NCBI GenBank assembly: GCA_013178275.1
Contig: JABLWZ010000009.1
Location: forward strand, 16,746-80,745
Source: Bacillota bacterium
Lineage (GTDB): Bacteria > Bacillota > Ch66 > Ch109
Reading direction: 5' to 3'
Length of the DNA stretch: 64,000 nucleotides
This document shows positions 48,803-58,867 of the stretch, in pieces. Numbering within the stretch: position 1 is the stretch's first letter; the number at the start of each line of letters is the position of its first letter. Position numbers and translations under genes: made by a program. The notes beneath the pieces were generated by a model. The model ran no database searches. It saw only the letters and a program-made list of their open reading frames with translations, and had not been told where the DNA came from.

Positions 48803-48852
48803 AAAAGGCTGCAGCATTCCGTATGCGTTGGTGCGATGATTCGGATATTTTT
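48803..48852 (-). repeat. conserved ~50-nt intergenic element, copy
   Basis: Minus strand: AAAAAATATCCGAATCATCGCACCAACGCATACGGAATGCTGCAGCCTTTT. It ends 50 nt upstream of the ATG at 48752. Confidence 0.6.
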
Positions 48853-48936
48853 TGAGCAAGTACATCTCCCATAATTTTGGGTATTAATATAATAAATCGC
48901 CAGCCCGCAAACTGACGATGTAGAGTAACTATTGTA

Positions 48937-49269
48937 TCATTTTTCTTGATCCTCCGGTAAATCACCGAACAGGATACGCATATAATCCCGCCTGCCGTAT
49001 AGGATTCTCGATATGAAAACAATTTGATCTTCATATCTGTAAAATATAAGGTAATTGGCGCAAACAAGAAATCGATAATCGGTCTGAATATCGACAATGG
49101 GAGACAATGGCGCTCCAATTCCAGGATGGTCCGACAGCCTGCGGGTTTTTTTCGTGATTTTTGAGACCAAATTTACAGCCGCCTGCGGATTACAAAGTTC
49201 GTGTGAAATGTAGCCTTTAATTTCCGCCAAATCATCTCTGGCTTTGGGTGAAATTTTCAGCTTATTCAT
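48937..49269 (-). CDS. type II toxin, ParE/RelE family
   Basis: 110 aa. It overlaps the upstream antitoxin gene by 8 nt. The pattern (ISPKARDDLAEIKGYI...YLIFYRYEDQIVFISRILYGRRDY) is typical of ParE. Confidence 0.8.
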   Translation of the reverse strand: MNKLKISPKARDDLAEIKGYISHELCNPQAAVNLVSKITKKTRRLSDHPGIGAPLSPIVDIQTDYRFLVCANYLIFYRYEDQIVFISRILYGRRDYMRILFGDLPEDQEK

Positions 49270-49516
49270 TCGGGGTCCCCAGTTCTGCTTCCACTTCCTC
49301 GATAGTCATCCATCCTTTTTCTTTTCCTGCCTGCTCTCCCTGGGCAAGCTGTGACATCAGCTTCAGCGAAGCCTTTAATTTTTCATATTCGTTAATATCT
49401 AAAATGGCAAATTTTCCTCTGCCGTTTTTGGTTAAAAACACTGGCTCGCCTATGGAAATATCCCGCAGTACTTCATTGTAATTCCTTAAATCGGAGATGG
49501 GTTTGATATTAGGCAT
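49262..49516 (-). CDS. Phd/YefM family antitoxin
   Basis: 84 aa. MPNIKPISDLRNYNEVLRDISIGEPVFLTKNGRGKFAILDINEYEKL is the Phd/YefM N-terminal fold signature. Confidence 0.8.
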   Translation of the reverse strand: MPNIKPISDLRNYNEVLRDISIGEPVFLTKNGRGKFAILDINEYEKLKASLKLMSQLAQGEQAGKEKGWMTIEEVEAELGTPNE

Positions 49517-49708
49517 GGTAACAGCTCCTTTCCTTCGCTGTTATTATTGTATCCTTATTTTTCGTAAAATACAACAGCAACTATGGGGCTATTGCTTGAT
49601 AGAATATCTCTGCCGGCTCTTCTGATTCACTCCCTTTTGGATTATCCGGTTTTTCCGGATAGTTGCCTTATGCATATTGATATATCCGTTTTATCTATTT
49701 ATCTCCGT

Positions 49709-50917
49709 CTATTTTCCGCAACATTTCTTGAACTTCTTACCGCTTCCACAAGGACAAGGATCATTCCTGCCAACTTTTTCTGCTTTTTTGTTTTTCTCCA
49801 CTTGCTGTTTAACGCCAAGTAACCTGTTTTTAAGTTGTTCTAAACTGATATTACCCTTTTGGGCCTCCTTTATCCGGTGCTCTTCCTCCAGAATGCTTTC
49901 CCTCCATCTTTGGAGGTCAGGATGATCTATTTCATTTATTACATGGTTAACATAAAGTTCCGCTTCCAGGTTGACCATGGTTTTATCATAACCGCGTTTT
50001 ATCAGGTCCAGCACCAAGGGGATGCCTTTTACCGAAAGAAGTTTACATAAGCCAAGAGCAAGATTGGTCTTAAGCGTGATGTCTTTTTCTTCAGGAAAAA
50101 GGGCGAGCATCAGCTTCTCAGCCTCATCAGACTTGATGTCACCAAGTGCACTCGCCGCATACATTCGGAAATCGAATCCTTGGCTCAAGTATTCCCTCTC
50201 AATTGCCGCGACCACTTCTGGCGACCCGATCTTGGACAGCGCCCCGGCAGCCCTCTCGCACAAATAATCCCCGTCTAGCTTCAGCCGGCTTATCAAAAAC
50301 GGAATCGCTTCGGCAAGTCTCATTTCACCAACTAGAGAGCTCAAATATGTATCGTCCCAGCCGTTATACTCGGGCGGGTACTCATGTTCGAGCTTTTCTT
50401 TTAATTTTTTATATGGGAAGTCCTTTCGTGCCGCCAGTTCTTTTACAATTAATTCACCATATGAATGATTAAAACTGTCTGGCCATTTGCCCAGTCCCGA
50501 TCTGCTATGCTTCCAAAGCTCCTCCCATAATCTTTCTGTATTTAAATCCACAAGGTAAAACCTTTCCTCCAGTGTTTTTTGATTCTCCAAAAACCTCGGT
50601 CTTATGTCCGGGTACTGTTTTAAAAGCTTCAAATCGGCATGCGTTATTGCATTGTCTTTATGAAACATGGTATTTAGATCGGTATGTTCAATCTTGTCTA
50701 ACCTTTTAAGAGTTACCTCAGTCTGCGGAAATTTTGAAGCATAATATAAAAATTTACCCGCTTCTTCCCGGTCATGGTCGGCCGTGTAAGCGTTGATAAC
50801 ACGGAGTATCACTTCCTCGTCAGCGATATGTCCCTCAACAAAGAACTCTACAGCATAATTTCTAACGCATCTTTCGGGATGGTTGATAAACTGCTTCAAC
50901 TTATCAAGGTTAATCAT
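49709..50917 (-). CDS. HEAT-repeat protein with a C-terminal SEC-C metal-binding motif
   Basis: HEAT-like repeats (AAGALSKIGSPEVVAAI and AASALGDIKSDEAEKLM). The last 22 aa, [21 protein letters not shown], equal the SecA C-terminal zinc motif. Confidence 0.7.
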   Translation of the reverse strand: MINLDKLKQFINHPERCVRNYAVEFFVEGHIADEEVILRVINAYTADHDREEAGKFLYYASKFPQTEVTLKRLDKIEHTDLNTMFHKDNAITHADLKLLKQYPDIRPRFLENQKTLEERFYLVDLNTERLWEELWKHSRSGLGKWPDSFNHSYGELIVKELAARKDFPYKKLKEKLEHEYPPEYNGWDDTYLSSLVGEMRLAEAIPFLISRLKLDGDYLCERAAGALSKIGSPEVVAAIEREYLSQGFDFRMYAASALGDIKSDEAEKLMLALFPEEKDITLKTNLALGLCKLLSVKGIPLVLDLIKRGYDKTMVNLEAELYVNHVINEIDHPDLQRWRESILEEEHRIKEAQKGNISLEQLKNRLLGVKQQVEKNKKAEKVGRNDPCPCGSGKKFKKCCGK

Positions 50918-50955
50918 TCCCCTTGCTTCCTTTCGCTAACAAAATGAGACAGATC

Positions 50956-52224
50956 CTACTTTATCTTCGCCAGCAACCGGTTTATTTCTTCGAGGGAAAA
51001 GTATTCCGGGTTGAACTTTCCATCGCCGGTTTGCATTTCTACCCATTCAAGGCATTCGTCATGTTCAGGATGCTTCGGATTACGAATAATCTTAAGGAAC
51101 TCTCTATAACCGGGAGCTCCACCCACATCCTCCGGCGGCCCCTGCCTGGCGCCATCAGTACAGACCGGATAGCGGATACCTTCTTGAACTGGAATTAATC
51201 CTTCTAAAACAACTTCGTGCTTCCACTCATCACCAAAGTCGTAAGTGTAAATACATTTCTTACGTTCAGTGAGCAGACTATCGATTTTAGTCCTTTTGGC
51301 GTTCAGTTCCTTTATGCCCAAATAAAGTTCCGGATCATAACCCGGTTCGGGAATACAAACCTTTACATCGCCAAAATCGAACTCAAACAGGTGATAACCC
51401 TGCCACCCAAATGCGGTTTGAATGATCTTATGCAGCTTGTTAAACGTTATGCCTCGCGGCACCAGGATCTGCCTCCAGATGGGCGGCTTAATACCCCTTA
51501 TCATTACTTTGAGTTGATACACCGATTTTTTTGCATCCATAGTTACGGCATTATTGCTATTTTCAGTATCGGACGTCTCGCTTCCCACGATTGGAAAAGA
51601 TACAATCCTCTCCTTGCCGTCACAGCACTTTTTGTACTTTTTGCCGCTGCCACACGGACAGGGATCATTGCGCCCTATCTTAACCTTTGCCGCAAGAGTA
51701 ATAATATTTTCCCTCTGCATCGAATTAAACATCTGGACGTAACTGTCAAGCTCCTTGGAATCTTTAAAATCAACTCCCGCTTTCTTTGCCCCCATCACTA
51801 TCTGCTTTGCCGGCCCCCATTTATCGGGATTGTCCGCTATCTCGATCATCTTGCCAGATACCTTTTTAAGTTGCGATATTAGCCTCGGCGCATCGGTGAT
51901 ATAACCTTTAGCCTGCAAAAAGCCGAAGAAACCCGAAAGAACCGGCTCTACACCGGTATAAAAACTCAAATCAGCGGATACCTTCCTCGGCAGTAAATCC
52001 AGACAGCATTCCTCCAAAGCCGCTGGTGTCCATTCGGATGGCTCTAGAAGAAAATATCCATACATCAAATCCGCGAAAACGTCGATAATGAACCCGCTTT
52101 CCTCCCGCTGACTTGTATTCAGGGATTCGTACCGTTGGTCCTTTTTAAATTCCTCCACCCATGCCATGACCCGGTTTTTGATTTTATTCTTTTTGGCATC
52201 CGAGTATTCTTTCATTCTAAACAC
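50956..52224 (-). CDS. SEC-C motif protein with a C-terminal pRiA4b-ORF3-like (MM3350-like) domain
   Basis: Internal [19 protein letters not shown]. The C-terminal part, [21 protein letters not shown]...[19 protein letters not shown]...[11 protein letters not shown]...GPPEDVGG, matches the PRiA4_ORF3 family from memory. Confidence 0.7.
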   Translation of the reverse strand: MFRMKEYSDAKKNKIKNRVMAWVEEFKKDQRYESLNTSQREESGFIIDVFADLMYGYFLLEPSEWTPAALEECCLDLLPRKVSADLSFYTGVEPVLSGFFGFLQAKGYITDAPRLISQLKKVSGKMIEIADNPDKWGPAKQIVMGAKKAGVDFKDSKELDSYVQMFNSMQRENIITLAAKVKIGRNDPCPCGSGKKYKKCCDGKERIVSFPIVGSETSDTENSNNAVTMDAKKSVYQLKVMIRGIKPPIWRQILVPRGITFNKLHKIIQTAFGWQGYHLFEFDFGDVKVCIPEPGYDPELYLGIKELNAKRTKIDSLLTERKKCIYTYDFGDEWKHEVVLEGLIPVQEGIRYPVCTDGARQGPPEDVGGAPGYREFLKIIRNPKHPEHDECLEWVEMQTGDGKFNPEYFSLEEINRLLAKIK

Positions 52225-52365
52225 CTGCCTCGTTTAGCTGTTGTTGTCATTCACTTCCCTATAAACTATATAATTAACAACAATTTTTTAAAGGATAATA
52301 CACCGATCCTATCTAATGAAGATGAAAATATTGAATTTGCATGGATGCAGATGTAACATAACAAC

Positions 52366-52833
52366 ATGGGAGTTAACAAGACAATGATTCCAAGACACAA
52401 AAGGTTGAAAAGAGAAAGTAGATTGCAGGCTGCAAAGTACTGGATACCAAAATACACCGGAAAGAATTTGGTGAGAGGCTACCACAAGCATTTCGGGGTT
52501 AATCTGCTTTGTGCTGTAAATGAACTTCGAATGCTGGGATATGAGGTACCTCAAGATTATGTAAACAAGTTAACAATAAATGAAATAGGCAAACAAAAGC
52601 GTGCCGAACAGAAAAAACGGATGAAGAAAGAACATGAACTTCTTAATAATTACCCTGATTCTGATGGCACCTTTTATTTTATTGCCGGCCACACGTCAGG
52701 CGGCGCACCATACGGTATTACCTGGGAAGAGATGGAAATAGGGTCATATAGTACCATGGGAAAGACAACACTGCCGTCTCAGTTGTTAAGAGCTCCTAAT
52801 ATATTTCACCAACCGCCTTCAACTGGTCGATAA
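52366..52833 (+). CDS. hypothetical protein
   Basis: 155-aa ORF, basic, no family recognised. Its 3' end overlaps the convergent RQC-like gene by 38 nt, so its real end or its reality is uncertain. Confidence 0.4.
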   Translation: MGVNKTMIPRHKRLKRESRLQAAKYWIPKYTGKNLVRGYHKHFGVNLLCAVNELRMLGYEVPQDYVNKLTINEIGKQKRAEQKKRMKKEHELLNNYPDSDGTFYFIAGHTSGGAPYGITWEEMEIGSYSTMGKTTLPSQLLRAPNIFHQPPSTGR

Positions 52834-53380
52834 CCTTCTGGATTTCCGCCTGAACCTTTTTATAATCTATTTCCTTCCAAGCGCGGAGCAATGGTATAAA
52901 CCTCGCGTTTCCCGTGTCTTTTATCTTCTCAAGCAGAAGAAGTATCATCCCCCGATTCCTATCTTTCAGTTCCTGAACAAAACTGTAATCCTTACCTTCC
53001 AATAGCGACCTAAGCCTCTGAAGCAGTTCTTCCGCATATGTCTCCCTCTCAATACACCAGCCCTTTTCGGTAAAAACCAGTACGGGAAGTCTACCGCTGT
53101 ACTCTATTTCCAGGTAATCCCGCAGAATCATCCAATCTATCCGGTTTAATATTTCTTCGATTTTTAGTTCCCGGTAATATCCATAGGAAGGACATTTATC
53201 AAGCCCATGCTCCAGCAATTTTTTATCTTTTGAGCCTTTAAGTATTTTCGCGAGCATGCTGCGCCCACCGGTGGCTATCAACTCATCCGCCGCCCTTAAA
53301 ACAACCTTGATTTCAATATCTGTAAGTTTCTTGATCCCGCCGCTGTCGAGTCTAAACTCAACTCGCCGTTTCTTTGCCAT
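52796..53380 (-). CDS. RecQ-C-terminal (RQC)-like winged-helix DNA-binding protein, copy 2
   Basis: ATG 53380. 195 aa, with 11 substitutions relative to CDS 34980..35564. Confidence 0.7.
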   Translation of the reverse strand: MAKKRRVEFRLDSGGIKKLTDIEIKVVLRAADELIATGGRSMLAKILKGSKDKKLLEHGLDKCPSYGYYRELKIEEILNRIDWMILRDYLEIEYSGRLPVLVFTEKGWCIERETYAEELLQRLRSLLEGKDYSFVQELKDRNRGMILLLLEKIKDTGNARFIPLLRAWKEIDYKKVQAEIQKVIDQLKAVGEIY

Positions 53381-53449
53381 CGGTCTCAATCCTTCAAATA
53401 ATAAGATAAGCCACCTAACATATAAAATTTTCGATACTTGAGATTATGA

Positions 53450-54829
53450 TTACTTTATCCGAATCAACGCAACAGATTCCGTATGGCTGGTCTGGGGGAA
53501 CATGTCCACGGGCTGTACCTCCCTGACCTTGAACCCGCTGTCGGTGAGTATCCGCAGGTCGCGGGCCAGGGTGGCGGGGTCGCAGGAGACGTAGACCACC
53601 CTCTCCGGCCTAAGCGCGGCGATCCGCGCCAGGACCTCGGGCCGGGCCCCAGCCCGTGGCGGGTCCAGCACCACCACCGAGGGGGCCGGCTGCCCCGACT
53701 TCAGGTACCGCTCCAGGTACTCCGCAACATCCGAGTGGATAAAGCGCGCGTTGTCGATATGGTTCAGGCGGGCGTTCTCCCCGGCGTCTTTTACAGCCTC
53801 CCGCAGCGACTCGACCCCGATCACCCTCCCCGCCTCCCGGGCCAGGAACAGCGAGATGGTCCCCGTCCCGCAGTAGAGGTCGAAGACCAGGTCCGCGTCC
53901 CGGGGTTTCGCGTATTCCAGGGCCTGGCGGTAGAGCACCTCGGTCTGTTCCGGGTTCACCTGGTAGAAGCTGACCGGCGAGAGCTGAAACTCCATGTCCC
54001 CGATCCGCTCCCTCAGCCGGGGAAGTCCGTGAATGACGCGGGTCTTCCCCCCCAGCACCGCGCGCTCGGGGTGAGGATTCAGGTTTTCCGCGACCAGGGT
54101 GATGCCCGGGGGCAGGCGATCCAGGAACCCGTCGATCCACTCCCGCCACCGGGGCTCGTCCCAATCGGAGAGGACCAGTACCAGGGCGGTCTGCCGGGTG
54201 TGGAAGGATTCACGCAGCAGCAGGTGATACAGCGGAAAGCCCCGCCCCTCGCTTGCCATCACCCGCCAGAGGGTGTTCAGCTCATTCTTAATAATAGTAA
54301 GGAATTCACGCCACGGGGCAGGCATCAGGAGGCAGTCATCCACCTCCAGCAGTTCGCGGCTGCCCGGCCGGTAGTAGCCTATCCGCACAGCCGGCGGGTC
54401 TTCGCCGGCCTCAAGGTGGAACTGGCCGTTGTTGCGGTAGCGCCAGGGGTGCTCCATGCCCCGGGTGGGCTTTACCTCCACCCCTTCCAGTTTCCCGATC
54501 CGCTTCAAGGTCTCCCGCACCTGGCGGGTCTTCATCGCCAGTTGGGCCTGGTAGTCCATATGCTGCAGGGTGCAGCCCCCGCACCCGTCCACCCGGGGGC
54601 ATTCAGGCAGCCGCCGCTCGCCCGACGGGTTTATAATCTCCAGCAGCTCGGCGCGGGCGATCCCTCGGCGGAAGGACCTCACCCGCACCCGGACCTCTTC
54701 GCCCGGGAGCGCCCCGGGAACGAAGACCACCGCCCCCTCCACCCGGCCCACTCCCGCTCCGGAGTGCGTCAGGTCCTCTATCTGCAGGGTTGTCTCCCGG
54801 TCTATCAGCCGGCTGATACCGTCCTTCAT
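53450..54829 (-). CDS. rlmD: 23S rRNA (uracil-5-)-methyltransferase, RumA/RlmD family
   Basis: TRAM domain (LQIEDLTHSGAGVGRVEGAVVFVPGALPGEEV), a 4-Cys cluster (CxxxxxCGGCxLQH...) and SAM motifs (DLYCGTGTISL and VLDPPRAG). The ATG at 54829 overlaps the upstream stop as ATGA. Confidence 0.85.
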   Translation of the reverse strand: MKDGISRLIDRETTLQIEDLTHSGAGVGRVEGAVVFVPGALPGEEVRVRVRSFRRGIARAELLEIINPSGERRLPECPRVDGCGGCTLQHMDYQAQLAMKTRQVRETLKRIGKLEGVEVKPTRGMEHPWRYRNNGQFHLEAGEDPPAVRIGYYRPGSRELLEVDDCLLMPAPWREFLTIIKNELNTLWRVMASEGRGFPLYHLLLRESFHTRQTALVLVLSDWDEPRWREWIDGFLDRLPPGITLVAENLNPHPERAVLGGKTRVIHGLPRLRERIGDMEFQLSPVSFYQVNPEQTEVLYRQALEYAKPRDADLVFDLYCGTGTISLFLAREAGRVIGVESLREAVKDAGENARLNHIDNARFIHSDVAEYLERYLKSGQPAPSVVVLDPPRAGARPEVLARIAALRPERVVYVSCDPATLARDLRILTDSGFKVREVQPVDMFPQTSHTESVALIRIK

Positions 54830-55572
54830 CCGCCCATCCCCATCCATCGGACAGCCACGGTCATCACAGAGTTCCAGACCGCGTGAGCCAAGATCGAGGT
54901 ATATAGCGAGCCGGTCCGCTGGTAGAGGTAGGCCAGCCCGGCCCCTCCCAGCATCAGCGGCAAAAATCGCACCAGGTCGAAGTGAAAGGCAGCAAAGACC
55001 AGCCCCGACAGCCAGATGCCGGCGGTTATTCCCAGACGTTGGCGCAGCCAGCCGTACAGCAGGCCGCGGAACAGCATCTCCTCACTGAGGGGGGCCAGCA
55101 CGGCCACCACCAGCAGGAGCAGGGAAAGGTCCTGCCAGCTGCCGGCGCTGGCGATCGCCTCCACGACGGTCTGCTGTTCGAGCGGGAGGCGGTTTTGGAT
55201 CAGGATGTAGATGATTATCGCGGTGATGGTGACCACCAGCAACAGCAGCACCCCGCCGACAATCCCGCTGACCAGGATACGGGCTGGGGAAGACTCTCCA
55301 GAGGAAAACCCCAGCCGGTTAAGACCGGTGCGGCGGATATACCGCACCAGCAGGACGACCATCAGGATGATCAGGCCGGCCTGGATGAATCCCCCGATAA
55401 TCGTGGCGACAACCGCATCTATCGGCCGGGTGGTAAAACTCGCCCAGATCCTTTCCACCAACAGGTATCCCCTGCTGGTATAGGCCACAGCCGCCAGCTG
55501 CATCAGCAGCAGGATCAGGACGATGTCCCCGATTTTCCAGGTTACGGAATTATTATTTTCCAGTTCCATCAA
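54826..55572 (-). CDS. CPBP family intramembrane glutamic endopeptidase
   Basis: Motifs SEEMLFRG, FAAFH and ILAHAVWN in a multi-TM protein. Confidence 0.85.
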   Translation of the reverse strand: MMELENNNSVTWKIGDIVLILLLMQLAAVAYTSRGYLLVERIWASFTTRPIDAVVATIIGGFIQAGLIILMVVLLVRYIRRTGLNRLGFSSGESSPARILVSGIVGGVLLLLVVTITAIIIYILIQNRLPLEQQTVVEAIASAGSWQDLSLLLLVVAVLAPLSEEMLFRGLLYGWLRQRLGITAGIWLSGLVFAAFHFDLVRFLPLMLGGAGLAYLYQRTGSLYTSILAHAVWNSVMTVAVRWMGMGG

Positions 55573-55863
55573 GTACCTCCAGTGATCCCAGATTCAGTCA
55601 CTTCCAGCACTTCCCTAAAAGTATAGCTGAATCGGGAAAAGTCTGTCACGAAAAAAAGACGACGATGTTAACATTTGACTACCGGTGCGATAAATAATGG
55701 CCTGAATACAGGGTAATAATAGACATAGCAGAGGTCGGCGTCCAAATTTTTTTTGTTTGTAATGAGTTTCCCCTTTAATCGTAGGGTTACTCCTACTTTA
55801 GATATAGACAGGGGGATTCCCGTTTTCTGGTAAAAATTCTTTTTTAAGGCAGGGGGTTTTTAA

Positions 55864-57087
55864 ATGGAGCTAGCCTCTCTACTGACATTAGGCTTGGTGC
55901 TGGGAGTGTTGGGCCTGGTAGCCGTTTTGCGGCTGGAGCGTAAGCACAGCTCGGTCTCGAGCCCGCGTTTAGACGATAACGCCCGGCAGCACCCAAAGGC
56001 ATGGCATCGGGTTTTCGGCCGGCTAGGACAAACCAATTTTGAAATAGGAGGCGAGATAGTTTTGGAGAACAGATCCGAGACGGATCAGGGCCAGGTATTG
56101 AGCGTCGGAGAAGCCTGGTCCCCGGTAACCAGCAGGCTGGCCGACGAACCGGTTCCACAAGTTTTTACCCCGGGTCCAAAACCTGCGGCCACACACCATG
56201 AACTGCCCGGAGGTTATGGTGACAACCGCATCGTGGCCCTGGTACGAGATCCGTACTGGCTTTTTGCTTATTGGGAGATCAATGAGGCCAAGCAGCGGGA
56301 GATCCGGGAAACCTTTGGAAGCTCGGCCTGGGATGAGGCCTGCCAGGTCATCCGGGTCTATGACGTGACCCACATCGACTTTAATGGGCATAACGCGGTC
56401 AACTACTACGATATCCGGGTCGGCCCCTTTACCGGGAGCTGGCACATCCCGGTCGGCCAGCCCAATCGTACCTACTTGATCGAAAGAGGCCTGATTTTAA
56501 AAAACGGACAGTACGTACCCCTGGCCCGCTCCAATTTTGTCACCACCCCGGCTGACCAGGTGTCGAACATCATCGACGAGGAGTGGATGCTGATAAGCGA
56601 GCTGGACCGCCGCCTGTACCGCCGTCTGGGGCAGCTGCCGTTCGGTTCGTCGCCGCACTTCGCGTTCTCTCAGCTGCTAGAGCAGGAGGCGGCCAAGCTG
56701 GCCTTCGGGGTTAGTTCGCCGCAGGCGGCCCGCGAGGTGAGCGGCCACGAGTCCCATTCATCCCGCGGCTGCTCGGAGTCCCACCTGGAGTCGGGGGTGA
56801 TCTCGAAGCGGGACTTCATGAAGCTCCTGACCCAGGATCTGATGCCCGGCAGCCCCGAACTGGCCATCCCCGGACCGCAGAGCGCAGTAGGGATAAGCTG
56901 GAGCGGGATGGGACTCCAGGAGAAGGCCACCTACGCCGCCGAGTATACCTCTATGACGCTGCACTCGGAGTTCGGTGAGAACTCGCTGACCATCGAACCC
57001 ACCATGAACCCCGAGATGCTGCGGGTTACACTAAGGGACAGCGAATCGGCCCACCTGGAGACGATGGAAAAGTGCGGGAAACCATGA
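55864..57087 (+). CDS. DUF4912 domain protein
   Basis: YGDNRIVALVRDPYWLFAYWEI...WHIPVGQPNRTY is the DUF4912 core, from memory. It lies directly upstream of a GH57 gene, its usual partner. Confidence 0.75.
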   Translation: MELASLLTLGLVLGVLGLVAVLRLERKHSSVSSPRLDDNARQHPKAWHRVFGRLGQTNFEIGGEIVLENRSETDQGQVLSVGEAWSPVTSRLADEPVPQVFTPGPKPAATHHELPGGYGDNRIVALVRDPYWLFAYWEINEAKQREIRETFGSSAWDEACQVIRVYDVTHIDFNGHNAVNYYDIRVGPFTGSWHIPVGQPNRTYLIERGLILKNGQYVPLARSNFVTTPADQVSNIIDEEWMLISELDRRLYRRLGQLPFGSSPHFAFSQLLEQEAAKLAFGVSSPQAAREVSGHESHSSRGCSESHLESGVISKRDFMKLLTQDLMPGSPELAIPGPQSAVGISWSGMGLQEKATYAAEYTSMTLHSEFGENSLTIEPTMNPEMLRVTLRDSESAHLETMEKCGKP

Positions 57088-57197
57088 CCAGGTTTGAAAA
57101 TCAATCCCGCTATCCGGTTAGCATTTAAAGAAAAATTCAGCGGGACCTGGCACTGGTTGAAAAATAAATCCCGCTGACTAAGTATAAATAGAAAGGA

Positions 57198-58838
57198 TTG
57201 AACGATTTGCCCAAAGGATACCTGAGTATGGTGCTCCACAGCCACCTGCCCTATGTGCGGCAGCCCGATCACGACTTTTTCCTCGAGGAGCTGTGGTTCT
57301 ACGAGGCGGTCACCGAGACCTACATCCCGCTGCTGGAGATGATGGAGAAGCTGGTCAACGATGGGGTGCAGTTTCGCCTGACCATGTCCCTGTCCCCGAC
57401 CCTGTGCGAGATGCTCAGCGACCCGCTGCTGCAGGAAAGGTACGTGCGGCACCTGGAAAAGCTGATGGAACTGGCGGACCGGGAGATCGAGCGCACCCGC
57501 CACCAGCCTGAGTTTCACCGCCTGGCCTGGATGTACCACGACATCTTCCGGGACGCTCACCGGGTCTTCTGCGACCAGTACCACCGCAACCTCCTGCTGG
57601 GGTTCAAGCGGTTCCAGGAGCAGGGCAGCCTGGAGATAATCTCCTGCGGCGCCACCCACGGGTACTTCCCCCTGCTGGGGCTGCAGCGGGAGGCGATCCG
57701 GGCGCAGGTAGCGGTAGGGGCGGCCAACTACCAGAAGCACTTTGGACGTCCCGCCCGTGGATTCTGGCTGCCGGAGTGCGGCTACAACCCGGGCGACGAC
57801 GAGATCTTAAAAGAGTTCGGCATCCGCTACTTCTTCACCGACACCCACGGGGTGCTTTACGCCTCCAAGCGGCCCAAGTACGCGGCGTTCGCTCCCATCT
57901 ACTGCCCCTCGGGGGTGGCCGCCTTCGGACGCGACCCCGAGTCTTCCCGCCAGGTATGGAGCGCCCAGGAGGGTTACCCGGGGGATTTCGACTACCGCGA
58001 GTTCTACCGTGACATAGGATTTGACCTGGGGCTGGACTATATCGGGCCGTACATCCACCCCGACGGCATCCGTCTGCACACCGGGCTGAAGTACTACCGC
58101 GTGACCGGCCGGACCAACCACAAAGAGCCCTACAACCCGGACTGGGCCCGCGAAAAGGCGGCGCTTCACGCCGGCAACTTCATGTTTAACCGCGAGAAAC
58201 AGGTAGAATGGCTGGACGGGATACTCGACCGCAAACCCATCATCGTGTCGCCCTACGACGCCGAGCTTTTTGGCCACTGGTGGTTCGAGGGGCCGCAGTT
58301 CCTGGACTTCCTGTTCCGCAAGCTCCACTACGACCAGGATACGGTGAAGGCGATCACCCCCAGCGAATACCTGAGCATCTACCCCATCAACCAGGTGGCG
58401 GTGCCCAACCAGTCGAGCTGGGGCAACAAAGGCTACAACGAGGTGTGGCTGGAAGGCAGCAACGACTGGATCTACCGGCACCTGCACAAGGCGGCCGAAC
58501 GGATGATCGAGCTGGCCAACCAGCACCCGGGGAGCGGCGGTTTTAACGAACGGGCCATGAAGCAGGCGGCCCGGGAACTGCTGCTGGCCCAGAGCAGCGA
58601 CTGGGCCTTCATAATGAAGACCGGGACCGCGGTCGACTACGCGGTGAGGAGGTTCAAGGAGCACATCCACAACTTCACCCGGCTCTACGAACAGGTGAAA
58701 GCCAATCACATCGACCTGGGCTTCCTGGAGCACCTGGAGAGAGTAAACAACCCCTTTTCCGAGATCGACTACCGAGTCTACCGCAGCGACTACCGGGGTG
58801 GCAAGCAGTCGATCCTGGCGCTGGTCTCGGGGCTGTAA
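57198..58838 (+). CDS. GH57 family 1,4-alpha-glucan branching enzyme (DUF1957 C-terminal domain)
   Basis: GYLSMVLHSHLPYVRQPD...WFYEAVTETYIPLL...GFWLPECGY...PYDAELFGHWWFEGPQFL are GH57 branching-enzyme motifs. Confidence 0.85.
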   Translation: MNDLPKGYLSMVLHSHLPYVRQPDHDFFLEELWFYEAVTETYIPLLEMMEKLVNDGVQFRLTMSLSPTLCEMLSDPLLQERYVRHLEKLMELADREIERTRHQPEFHRLAWMYHDIFRDAHRVFCDQYHRNLLLGFKRFQEQGSLEIISCGATHGYFPLLGLQREAIRAQVAVGAANYQKHFGRPARGFWLPECGYNPGDDEILKEFGIRYFFTDTHGVLYASKRPKYAAFAPIYCPSGVAAFGRDPESSRQVWSAQEGYPGDFDYREFYRDIGFDLGLDYIGPYIHPDGIRLHTGLKYYRVTGRTNHKEPYNPDWAREKAALHAGNFMFNREKQVEWLDGILDRKPIIVSPYDAELFGHWWFEGPQFLDFLFRKLHYDQDTVKAITPSEYLSIYPINQVAVPNQSSWGNKGYNEVWLEGSNDWIYRHLHKAAERMIELANQHPGSGGFNERAMKQAARELLLAQSSDWAFIMKTGTAVDYAVRRFKEHIHNFTRLYEQVKANHIDLGFLEHLERVNNPFSEIDYRVYRSDYRGGKQSILALVSGL

Positions 58839-58867
58839 AAGACCTAAAAAAAAACGAGAAACCGCGA

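Noticed and set aside
48753-49118. The N-terminal extension of track ORF 48027..49118 (363 aa).
   Set aside because: The extension overlaps the ParE toxin gene in another frame and crosses the conserved intergenic element. A good SD and ATG at 48752 give a compact 241-aa protein instead.
53483-54886. A 467-aa + strand ORF, and similar long ORFs at 54982..55626, 57807..58733 (-), 56931..57740 (-), 9852..10529, 10821..11642, 6764..7423 and 3124..3654.
   Set aside because: All lie antisense or out of frame to genes with clear family motifs (rlmD, CPBP, GH57, flagellin, UvrD, YkgJ). They have Arg/Pro/Gly-rich low-complexity translations typical of shadow ORFs in GC-rich DNA.
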